This document shows, one piece after another, positions 18,480 to 26,805 of a DNA stretch of 32,000 bases (its first letter is position 1; each line of letters begins with the position of its first letter). Where the stretch lies: contig NC_000909.1 of NCBI RefSeq assembly GCF_000091665.1, positions 760,712 through 792,711 of the forward strand. The letters run 5' to 3'. A model generated the notes under the pieces. The model was not told the origin of the DNA, ran no database searches, and saw only the letters and a program-made list of their open reading frames with translations. This DNA is from Methanocaldococcus jannaschii DSM 2661 (GTDB taxonomy: Archaea; AGJL01; Methanococci; Methanococcales; Methanocaldococcaceae). Position numbers and translations under genes: made by a program.

Positions 18480-19166
18480 ATGACAAATGCGATGAAGATT
18501 ATTGAAATGTTGAGGATTATTGACAACAGAGCAAAATTTATGGGTATTAAACTAACTATGATGAAAAATTTATTAGAAAAATACAAAGATAATAAGGAAT
18601 TGCTAAAAGAAGTTTTGAAATTAACAGAAGGGACACGGCTACATGAACTTATATTGGAGGCATATCCACCTTTAGAGGAATTAAAAAAAGAAATTAGGGA
18701 GGAAGAGCATAAGATTAAAATTACTTCTGAAAGTGGGGGAGAAGAGAAAAAAGAATTCTGTACTTTTGAAGGTCCTGTATCTCTCATCGCATATATAAAA
18801 GAATATTTGAGGAAATATTATTTAGGAAATAATGTAAAAAGAATTTTTTATGATATTGGTAAAGATTACGCGATTAAATTAGGAATTAACACCTATGATG
18901 ATATGATTACATTCATGAAAAAAGATTTTGGAGAAGTGGTTATTGAAAAATCGGAACCTTTAACAGTTGTAGTTAAAGATAATAAAGAGTGTAAAAACTG
19001 TAAAGCGTCGGAACCGATATGTTATCTAACAGCAGGGTTTATAGCTGGCTGTTTAGAAAATATGACTAACAAAACATATATTGTGGAAGTTACAGAGGAA
19101 AAATGTCAAGCTGTTGGAGACCCTTATTGTACATTTGTTGCAAAAAAATCAATAAGATTGGACTAA
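18480..19166 (+). CDS. V4R (4-vinyl reductase-like) domain protein with an N-terminal coiled-coil region
   Basis: The C-terminal roughly 130 aa carry the V4R signature (EPICYLTAGFIAGCLE...EEKCQAVGDPYCTF). No DNA-binding motif is recognisable. The start is uncertain because the SD is weak. Confidence 0.65.
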   Translation: MTNAMKIIEMLRIIDNRAKFMGIKLTMMKNLLEKYKDNKELLKEVLKLTEGTRLHELILEAYPPLEELKKEIREEEHKIKITSESGGEEKKEFCTFEGPVSLIAYIKEYLRKYYLGNNVKRIFYDIGKDYAIKLGINTYDDMITFMKKDFGEVVIEKSEPLTVVVKDNKECKNCKASEPICYLTAGFIAGCLENMTNKTYIVEVTEEKCQAVGDPYCTFVAKKSIRLD

Positions 19167-19280
19167 TTCTTTTTTGTAATATTTATGAGACTTTTCGCAG
19201 TTTGGGATTAATAAGGAATTTAGATGCTTTAGATATCATTAATTAACTGAATGCACTTATATTCATGTAAAACTAATATA

Positions 19281-19826
19281 TTAATCTTCTTTCCACATAA
19301 AAGCAAAATCTTTTAATGCTCTTTTTACCCTATCTATATTTCCTTCAATGATTACTTTATCTTTCTCATCACTGTATTCAAATATAACCCCATGCCATTC
19401 TCCTAAGTCACTCAATCTCTCAATCTGCATCTCTTTTTGTAACTTTACCCTTATTGCTTCTACTTTTCCTCTTTTTTTAACTTCCCTATTGTAGTTGCTT
19501 TTACTCACTGGGAATTTAGCATTAATCTCTCCTCTAATAGCTTTTATCATCCTATCTAAGTATTTTTCAGTCAGTTCAGTATCACATAAGCTAAAGAGTT
19601 GTGATTGAACATAATTCAGTTCTCTTTCAACATTTGCCAATATATTTATGGATGCATGAGGGTCTAAAATGTAATAAGAAAGGAGAGCGTTGGCTAATCT
19701 AAGCTTCTCAAAAACAATTTCAGGAACTTTAATCCCCCTATTAACCAACTCAGCTGATAACTCAGATAATACAACCCACTGTTTATCTAAGTTTCTTGCA
19801 TCCTTCATTCCGTTCCCCATTTCCAT
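19281..19826 (-). CDS. Conserved archaeal hypothetical protein (possibly DUF2096-like); start uncertain
   Basis: A 181-aa ORF with coding-like composition. The annotated ATG (19826-19824) lies inside an inverted-repeat arm of the TnpB-proximal structure. Alternative ATGs are at 19820 and 19808. Confidence 0.55.
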   Translation of the reverse strand: MEMGNGMKDARNLDKQWVVLSELSAELVNRGIKVPEIVFEKLRLANALLSYYILDPHASINILANVERELNYVQSQLFSLCDTELTEKYLDRMIKAIRGEINAKFPVSKSNYNREVKKRGKVEAIRVKLQKEMQIERLSDLGEWHGVIFEYSDEKDKVIIEGNIDRVKRALKDFAFMWKED

Positions 19827-19949
19827 AGCTTACCATAGCATTTAATAACTTATCATATAATAACTTATCGTATCTAATCGGTAAGCTATGGAAACGGGTT
19901 GTCCTCAACCCATAGCTTCATCGGGAAACACCGTTCCCTCTGCTATGGG
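19823..19949 (-). ncRNA. Candidate TnpB-associated omega-RNA/right-end scaffold (multi-hairpin region)
   Basis: Read 5' to 3' on the minus strand there are four stems. First, CCCATAGC (19949-19942) pairs with GCTATGGG (19916-19909). Second, this encloses GGGAA-CGGTGT-TTCCC (19938-19923). Third, GGTTG-AGGA-CAACC (19910-19897) spans the tnpB stop. Fourth, a 12-bp perfect stem CCATAGCTTACC (19891-19880) pairs with GGTAAGCTATGG (19834-19823) around a 45-nt AT-rich loop. The location, overlapping the tnpB 3' end plus downstream flank, matches that of characterised omega-RNAs. Confidence 0.4.
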
Positions 19950-21208
19950 TTCATTGGACTTAGGGCTGAACGGATACAGCCCCGTAAATCTCTTTATCAA
20001 ATTAAATACAGCTACAGTATCCCTATCAGCATAAAATCCGCAATCAAAGCAATACATTAGCCTCGAAGGCAGAGCCCTCTCATCGGCTAATTTATACAGT
20101 TGAGATAATCTACTCCCACAATTAGGACATTTTATCGAAGTGTAAGCCGGATTTCCTTCAATAACTTTAACGCCAAATTCTAAGCATTTATTTTTTAAAT
20201 AACCTAAGAATTTTTTAGCTGAGATGTTATGCAATTTATGTTTTAGTTTTTTAAATGATTTTTTAGCAATATTTTGGTTAAAATAAGGGGATAAGTCTTC
20301 AATAACTAAAACTGCATTATTTTCTTTAAGTTTTTTGGCTATTTTGTTGGCTAACTTTTTTAGTATATCTTCTCTGATATTTTTTAACCTCCTACCGAAT
20401 TTTTTAGCAAAATAAATCCTTTCCTCTTCAACGGTTTATCCTGCTTATGAATTCCTTTAAAAGAAAATTTCTCTTGAATGTTAGTCATTATGTTGGAGTA
20501 TTTTTCGGTTAATTTTCCTAAATCTGTTTTTATTAACTCTATATTTTCGAAATTACCATAGGTTATATTGTCTAAGTTAAAATCTAAGGCATAAACGGTT
20601 TTATAACTATCATTAATTGTTATCTCCTTCTCTAATGGAATTAAAACAGTTATCGTTCCATCTTCTTTATTCAATCTCAATTTAAATCCAGCTTTTATTC
20701 CCCAGCCTTCATTTAGCAGTTTAAAAAACTGTTTATGAGGCTTTAGGGGAATAACTATTCTACCATTCGGTGTAGATAATCTTAAATGCAAAGTTTTCTT
20801 TCCTTCTTTGTCTATCAAAAATAGTTTTTCTATATTGTTTTTAAAATCTCTATAGTTTGTTAAAACGTCATCTAACCATAAGGAAATGTTTTTAATTTTT
20901 GGTTTTGAAGTGTAAGCTTTATCTCTCTTTTTCATTGCTATAAAGCTTTTTATTCTCGTGGATGCATCTTGAGAGGCTGTATAAATATAATGAGTCGGTA
21001 ACTTTGGGAGTTTGGATTTTATTTCTTCATAAATTCCCTCTCTAATCTTTCTATGGCTCTTTCTATTATTTTTTAAACCGAAATCTAAAGCAATAGATAA
21101 AACTTCTTTATAAGATTCGATAGTATTCTCTATGATTTTTATTTTTGTTTTTGTTAATGGTTTGCTTTTCAATGCAATAGTTTTAGTTAGTTTGATTGTT
21201 TTGGGCAT
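19905..21208 (-). pseudogene. tnpB: IS200/IS605-family (IS1341-like, stand-alone) TnpB/OrfB RNA-guided nuclease homologue, split by one frame change
   Basis: The N-terminal ORF (20384-21208) carries the RuvC-I-like YALDFN motif. The second frame is open from 20435 to 19905 and reads ...FAKKFGRRLKNIREDILKKLANKIAKKLKENNAVLVIEDL (RuvC-II E). It continues with the zinc ribbon CPNCG...CFDCG and RuvC-III YADRDTVAVFN. The second frame is -1 relative to the first. No tnpA gene is adjacent. Confidence 0.85.
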
Positions 21209-21264
21209 GATAAGTATTTTGTAGGATTCTATTTCTATATTTTTCTTTCTATGCTATAATTTTG

Positions 21265-21606
21265 CTATTGTTTGTTATTATTTGATATGGGCTTAGAATT
21301 GTTTTGAATCCTTAACCTCTCAATATATCTTTTTAGGACCTGCTCACTATCATAATTAATTCTAACATTCATCTTCTTAAACTCTTCCTTCAACTCCTCT
21401 ATATTTGTGTCTTTATCTATAAAAAATACTTGATAACTTGTTGTTGAGTTTATATTAAAGATGGCAACTTTATCATCATCCTTTAGCTCTCTTTTATCAA
21501 TGGCAGCTCTAACTTTAACGAAATTTTCCATTTCGCTATTTAATGCCTCTTTAACAGTTAATATGGATATTAGGGTAGCAACAAACTCTACATTTTTATC
21601 GTTCAT
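21265..21606 (-). CDS. Hypothetical protein (113 aa)
   Basis: The ORF has coding-like composition and is co-directional with, and 33 nt downstream of, the preceding gene. I recognise no motif. Confidence 0.5.
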   Translation of the reverse strand: MNDKNVEFVATLISILTVKEALNSEMENFVKVRAAIDKRELKDDDKVAIFNINSTTSYQVFFIDKDTNIEELKEEFKKMNVRINYDSEQVLKRYIERLRIQNNSKPISNNNKQ

Positions 21607-21639
21607 AGTATCCCTTAATTAATGTTAATTATTCTTATT

Positions 21640-22125
21640 TTATTCCTCTTCAAATTTAATTTCTTCCTCTGGAAGTATATAAAATACATAGTTCTCTCTC
21701 TTTGCTGGAACTTCTTTTAAGAATAACACAATCCCATTAACTGGGGTATTAACAAATCTTATATCTCCCTTTCTACTTTGTAAAGCGGCTATTCTATGCC
21801 CACCCAAAATTCTACAACCAAAATCTACAATTGGATAGACTTTATAACCCTCAGCAGGAATCTCTAATAATTTAGTTCCTTTTTTAATGTATGTTATCTG
21901 TCTAACTCCACCAACTTCATACTCTATAATCATATCTTTAGTAACAGTTCCCATTAATACATAGTTATCAAAATCATCGTATATAACTTGATATAAAACC
22001 TTTCCATCTCCTTCATATTCTTCATCTTTATCTAAAAATTTTATTACTTTTCCGCCATTTTCAATAACTACCTTTCTTCCCTCATGTTTCTCAGCGTTTT
22101 CAACATACAACCTTGGAATTCTCAT
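21640..22125 (-). CDS. Conserved archaeal hypothetical protein (about 161 aa)
   Basis: The ATG at 22125 is preceded by GGGGTGA; the track's GTG at 22134 overlaps the SD. It lies 21 nt downstream of the idsA stop, probably in the same operon. I recognise no confident family. Confidence 0.55.
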   Translation of the reverse strand: MRIPRLYVENAEKHEGRKVVIENGGKVIKFLDKDEEYEGDGKVLYQVIYDDFDNYVLMGTVTKDMIIEYEVGGVRQITYIKKGTKLLEIPAEGYKVYPIVDFGCRILGGHRIAALQSRKGDIRFVNTPVNGIVLFLKEVPAKRENYVFYILPEEEIKFEEE

Positions 22126-22146
22126 AATATTCACCCCAAATAAAAT

Positions 22147-23100
22147 TTAATAAATTCTACTCATTATAAAATCAGCCAAATCCTCTAAAACTTTCCTTCT
22201 GTCTTTATTGAATATCTTTAAATATTCTTTTGCTTCTTCAGTTTTTTGTTTCATAAGTTCTTTTGCATATTCAATTGAAGGCTTTAATATCTCAATTGCT
22301 TCTTTAATTTCTTCATCCTTAACATTTTTATTTCCTAAAATTTCCAATAATCTTTTCTTTTTATCTTCATCCAATGTTTTTAGGGCGTGGATAACAATTA
22401 TTGTCTTTTTACCTTCTCTTATATCACTTCCAACTGGCTTACCTAACTTTTTCTGGTCCCCAATTAAATCTAAAACATCATCCTGTATTTGAAAAGTTAA
22501 TCCAATTCTTTTTGCATACTCTTTTAATGCTTCCCTTTCTTCTTCATTACAATCAGCCATAACAGCCCCAATTCCCACAGAAGCCTCTAATAAAGCTCCT
22601 GTCTTTTTTCTAATCATATCTAAGTATTCTTCCATTGTAGGATAGTAGTTTTCAAATTCCATGTCCATTGCCTGCCCTTCACAAACCTCAACACATGCTT
22701 TTGATAGGATTTTTAAAACTTCATGAGCTTTTTTATTATCTTTTATTCTTGAAACTGCTTCAAAAGCTTTAGCATATAATAAATCTCCAGCTAAGATAGC
22801 CATTGGCTCTCCATAGACAACATGAACTGTTGGTTTTCCTCTCCTCTCATCATCATTGTCCATAATGTCATCATGTATTAAGGTGTAGTTGTGAATTAAC
22901 TCTACTGCAGCAGCGGCTGGCAAAACCTCCTCAATATCGTCTTTCTTCAACATATAAGTTACTACAGTTAAATATGGCCTAATTCTCTTTCCTCCAGCAA
23001 ATAGAAGATGTTTTGACGCGTTATATAGTTTATCATCTTTATCTACATAAGTCTTTAATTCTTCATCAATTTTTTGTAAAATATTTTTATCAAAGAGCAT
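22147..23100 (-). CDS. idsA: Short-chain (E)-prenyl diphosphate synthase (geranylgeranyl/farnesyl diphosphate synthase)
   Basis: Both Asp-rich motifs are present (LIHDDIMDNDDERRG and FQIQDDVLD). The ATG at 23100 follows GAGGTGG. The track start at 23130 would overlap the RNase J gene. Confidence 0.9.
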   Translation of the reverse strand: MLFDKNILQKIDEELKTYVDKDDKLYNASKHLLFAGGKRIRPYLTVVTYMLKKDDIEEVLPAAAAVELIHNYTLIHDDIMDNDDERRGKPTVHVVYGEPMAILAGDLLYAKAFEAVSRIKDNKKAHEVLKILSKACVEVCEGQAMDMEFENYYPTMEEYLDMIRKKTGALLEASVGIGAVMADCNEEEREALKEYAKRIGLTFQIQDDVLDLIGDQKKLGKPVGSDIREGKKTIIVIHALKTLDEDKKKRLLEILGNKNVKDEEIKEAIEILKPSIEYAKELMKQKTEEAKEYLKIFNKDRRKVLEDLADFIMSRIY

Positions 23101-23113
23101 AATTCCACCTCTT

Positions 23114-24460
23114 TTAAATAATTCTTTCAAAGCTCAAACACTGCCCATTTCTTAATAAATGAACATCCTCTCCCAATCTATAACCTTCTTCCTCAGCTAA
23201 TTTTGTATATTCAGCTGTTAAGTTAAAGTCCCCATGTGAAGGAATTATATGCTCTGGATTTAACCACCTTAGCATGTCCCTATGGTCTTCTTTTGCAGCA
23301 TGTCCTGAAACATGAGCTCCTTTAAATATTCTAACTCCCAACAACTTTAATCTTGATTCTAACATGTATCTTTGAGCTGCATTCATTGGATTTGGAATTG
23401 GGTCTGCTGAGAACACAACACAGTCATATTTTTCAAACTTGTATGGGGTTTTGTTTGTAGCCATTCTTGACAATACAGCCCCTTCCTCTCCCTGATGTCC
23501 TGTGGCTATTATTAGATATTTCTCCTTACCCTCTTTAACTATATTCTTTAAAGCCATCTCTATTGAACTTGGGTCTCCATAAATCCTTAAATCTTCAGGG
23601 AATTTAACCAACCCAATATCTTGGGCTATTCCACAGAATCTCATCATACTTCTTCCTAATAAAACAGGAGTTCTGCCCATTTTTTCTGCTATATCTGTAA
23701 TTGATTTTATCCTTGCAATATGGGAGGAGAATGTTGTTACAATAATACCGTGTTTGTCATTGTCAGCTGCTAATAAGTCATTTTTCAATAAACCAGAAGC
23801 GATAATTTCAGGTGGTGTTTTACCTTCGTGATTTATTCTTGTAGTTTCTGATATAAAGCATAACACCCCATTTTTACCAACTTTTTTTATTGCTCTATAA
23901 TCTGGTCTTTCACCAACAACTGGGAAGTTGTCAAATTTAAAGTCGTTTCCATAGACAATTGAACCATAAGGGGTGTGTAAAACTGGCAATACAGAGTCTG
24001 GAATACTATGGGTTATTCTAATAAACTCTAAGGTTATGTTTGGAGTTAAATCTATAGATTCTCCAGCGTTTAAAACAATTAATGGGTTTCTTACATCAAA
24101 TTTTTTCTCACTTAATATCTCTCTTTTAACCAGTTCAATTGTATAAGGTGTTCCAATAATTGGAGCGTTGTATCTATGGGCTAATTTTGGCACAGCTCCA
24201 ATATGGTCTAAATGCCCGTGAGATAAGACAATTGCTTTAACTTCTCCCTCAATATTTTTCATAACTGTATCGTTTGGAATTATTCCCTTTTCAATTAACT
24301 CTAAGCTATGAAGCTTTGATATGTCAGTATCTTCATGAATCAAAACTCTATCTAATCTTATTCCCATATCCAATATTATAATCTCTCCATCTACATTAAC
24401 TGCTGTCATATTTCTACCAACTTCTTCATAACCTCCAATAGCAATAATTTCCAATTTCAC
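23114..24460 (-). CDS. rnj: Archaeal RNase J (metallo-beta-lactamase/beta-CASP ribonuclease)
   Basis: The HGHLDH motif and beta-CASP features are present, and the protein begins MKLEIIAIGGYEEVGRNMTAV. It is 448 aa. Confidence 0.85.
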   Translation of the reverse strand: MKLEIIAIGGYEEVGRNMTAVNVDGEIIILDMGIRLDRVLIHEDTDISKLHSLELIEKGIIPNDTVMKNIEGEVKAIVLSHGHLDHIGAVPKLAHRYNAPIIGTPYTIELVKREILSEKKFDVRNPLIVLNAGESIDLTPNITLEFIRITHSIPDSVLPVLHTPYGSIVYGNDFKFDNFPVVGERPDYRAIKKVGKNGVLCFISETTRINHEGKTPPEIIASGLLKNDLLAADNDKHGIIVTTFSSHIARIKSITDIAEKMGRTPVLLGRSMMRFCGIAQDIGLVKFPEDLRIYGDPSSIEMALKNIVKEGKEKYLIIATGHQGEEGAVLSRMATNKTPYKFEKYDCVVFSADPIPNPMNAAQRYMLESRLKLLGVRIFKGAHVSGHAAKEDHRDMLRWLNPEHIIPSHGDFNLTAEYTKLAEEEGYRLGEDVHLLRNGQCLSFERII

Positions 24461-24570
24461 TCTCTCACATCCTTTAATTTTTTATAATTTTAATGTTTAT
24501 AAATATTTAATTATTTTAAATAAATTTACAGCCTAACATCTAAGATAAAAATAAAAATCATAAATGGGAT

Positions 24571-24591
24571 AACAGTATTAACAATACTGTT
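24571..24591 (-). terminator. Hairpin plus T-tracts immediately after the IPP isomerase stop codon
   Basis: A perfect 9-bp stem (AACAGTATT-GTT-AATACTGTT on the minus strand) starts at the base after the stop codon. Two T5 runs follow within about 30 nt. Confidence 0.45.
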
Positions 24592-25671
24592 TTATTTTAA
24601 TCTCTGGGAAATCCATTCTTTTAAAGTTCCTTTAACTATATAAGATGTTTTTTTAAGTTCTTCAATATTTTCAGCTCCAACTAAAAACATCGCTATTTTT
24701 AACTCTTTTATATAGCTCTCTAAAACTTTAACAACCTCTTCCCAGCCCTTTAAACTTGCTTTTAATATAGGCAAAGCAACTGAACAGCAATCACAACCAA
24801 TTGCTATACATTTAGCTATATCTAAACCTCCTCTTATGCCTCCAGAACCAATAACTATACCATCATAAACGCTTTTTACTTCAAATATTGAAGCGGCAGT
24901 TGGAATGCCCCAATTAGCAAATTTTTCAGCCAATCTTTTAATTTCCTCCTCCTTAACTCTATAAATCTCAACCTTTGCCCATGAAGTGCCTCCACTTCCT
25001 TGAACATCTATTGCATCAAAGCCAATATCTTTTAAAATTAATGCATCTTCCTTTGAAAAACCTTCTCCTACTTGTTTAGCAATAAATGGAATATTTTTAT
25101 AGCTTTTTTTGTAATTTGAAATAATTTCTTTGAGTTTATATAGGTTTTTAAAGTTTAAATCACCTTCTGGCTGTATAATCTCTTGTAATGGATTGAAATG
25201 TATAGCTATAGCATCGGCATCTATCATTTCAATTGCCTTATCTATAATCTCCTCATCCCAATCATCAACAATGAAATTAACTGCTCCTAAGTTACCTATA
25301 ACTAAATTGTTTGTGTAGTCTCTAACAATGCTATAGGTATCTATCAGCTCATCATTAACAATAGCTGCCCTCTGAGAGCCAACACCCATACCTAAGCCGA
25401 GTTCTTCAACTGCCTTGGCTATATTCTTGTTTATCTCCTTTGCCTTACTATGCCCCCCAGTCATACCAGAAACAATAATTGGAGCAGATAGTTTTTTTCC
25501 AAACAATTCTATTTCTGTTTCTATATCATTAAAATTAATTCCGCAGGTTCCTTTGTGTATTAGTTCAATATCTTCTAATAATGTTGTTTTTTCATATTCA
25601 ACATTACAATAACTACATAGAAATATATGTTCTAATTTTCTAACTTCTATCTCATTTCTATTATTAACCAT
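24592..25671 (-). CDS. fni: Isopentenyl-diphosphate delta-isomerase, type 2 (FMN-dependent)
   Basis: Type-2 IDI motifs are present (SGMTGG, GVGSQR, QGSGGTSWAKVE, GSGGIRGGLD). The protein is 359 aa. Confidence 0.9.
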   Translation of the reverse strand: MVNNRNEIEVRKLEHIFLCSYCNVEYEKTTLLEDIELIHKGTCGINFNDIETEIELFGKKLSAPIIVSGMTGGHSKAKEINKNIAKAVEELGLGMGVGSQRAAIVNDELIDTYSIVRDYTNNLVIGNLGAVNFIVDDWDEEIIDKAIEMIDADAIAIHFNPLQEIIQPEGDLNFKNLYKLKEIISNYKKSYKNIPFIAKQVGEGFSKEDALILKDIGFDAIDVQGSGGTSWAKVEIYRVKEEEIKRLAEKFANWGIPTAASIFEVKSVYDGIVIGSGGIRGGLDIAKCIAIGCDCCSVALPILKASLKGWEEVVKVLESYIKELKIAMFLVGAENIEELKKTSYIVKGTLKEWISQRLK

Positions 25672-25847
25672 AATTTCACCAAATACTATATAAATATTTG
25701 CTATATAACTTTGTGAAATTTTAATAACAAATTAAAAATAGACACATTATAAAAAAGTTAGTATTGACTTTATCAAAAATATTAAAAAAAGAAATAAAAT
25801 AAAAATTATGAATAATAAAAAATATTTAAATATAAAATGCTAATGGT

Positions 25848-26735
25848 TTATTCTATTCCCAATTTCTTTAAAACTGGGTCAACTGGGATTGCATGGACGC
25901 TAACAGCTAAGTCCTCTGGCTTCATTCCAAATGCCAAACCTAACAACTGACTTAAGTGTAAAACAGGAAGTTTATATTCTTCACCAAACTTCTCTTTTAT
26001 CTCTACTTGCCCCCTATCAAACTGTAAGTGGCAGAATGGACAGACATTGACGGTGCAATCAGCTCCTGCTTCAAGCATATTTCTTATTTTTTCTTTTGTC
26101 ATATCTAATGCAGTTGGTAAGAATCTCGCTCTAACTCCTCCTCCAGCTCCACAGCACATTAAATAATCCCTATACATAACTGGTTTAGCTCCAGTTGCTG
26201 CAACAATCTCCTCTAACAATTTAGGTCTTTCTGGAGAATCTAAGTGTTTAACATCACTTGGTTTTAAGAAGTGACAACCGTAGTGGATAGCAACATTTAA
26301 AACATCTAATGGCTTAACAACTTTCTCTTTTATTTTATCTACTCCAATGTCTTTATAAATCAACTCAGCAAAGTGTCTAACTTTAATAGTTCCTTTGTAT
26401 TGCTTGCCAATCTTATCCAACTTTTCATTTACAAAGTCCAATGCCTCTTTATTCTCATGTAATATGTGTGCTGCCTCAAACAATGAACCGTAACAACCGT
26501 TACAGACAGTTACAATATCTAATCCCATTTCTTCAGCAATACATAAGTTTCTTGCTGCTAATGTGAGCCATGTTTTTTGGTCGAATGAACCAAAGACTCC
26601 TGGAGCTGGACAGCAAGAAGCTCCTGGCATATATTCCAATTCTACTCCTAACTCTTCCATAACTATTTTTGTAGCTTTCTCAACTCCTGGGTATCTGTGT
26701 GGCATAATACATCCTAAGAAAAACGCATACTTCAT
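25848..26735 (-). CDS. hdrB: Heterodisulfide reductase subunit B
   Basis: Two CCG domains are present (ASCCPAPG and MCCGAGGG...CPFC). A GGTGAT SD is present and the gene lies downstream of hdrC. Confidence 0.9.
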   Translation of the reverse strand: MKYAFFLGCIMPHRYPGVEKATKIVMEELGVELEYMPGASCCPAPGVFGSFDQKTWLTLAARNLCIAEEMGLDIVTVCNGCYGSLFEAAHILHENKEALDFVNEKLDKIGKQYKGTIKVRHFAELIYKDIGVDKIKEKVVKPLDVLNVAIHYGCHFLKPSDVKHLDSPERPKLLEEIVAATGAKPVMYRDYLMCCGAGGGVRARFLPTALDMTKEKIRNMLEAGADCTVNVCPFCHLQFDRGQVEIKEKFGEEYKLPVLHLSQLLGLAFGMKPEDLAVSVHAIPVDPVLKKLGIE

Positions 26736-26805
26736 CTTATCACCAAAAATCTTATTATTTCCTTTAATTTTTTATTGTTTAATTTTAATTCTAATTTTAT
26801 TGGAT

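Larger units (their letters stand above)
19823..21264 (-). mobile_element. Putative IS1341-like insertion element or remnant; boundaries approximate
   Basis: It comprises TnpB plus the structured right end. I could not recognise a left-end hairpin in the 56-bp upstream spacer (21209-21264), so the left boundary is a guess. Confidence 0.35.

Noticed and set aside
19844-21220. GATAAGT-ATTTT next to the tnpB start (21209-21220, plus strand) and GATAAGTTATT in the right-end loop (minus strand) could be terminal inverted repeats of the element.
   Set aside because: Only 7 nt match exactly and the sequence is AT-rich, so chance is sufficient to explain it. IS200/IS605-type elements also do not carry terminal inverted repeats.
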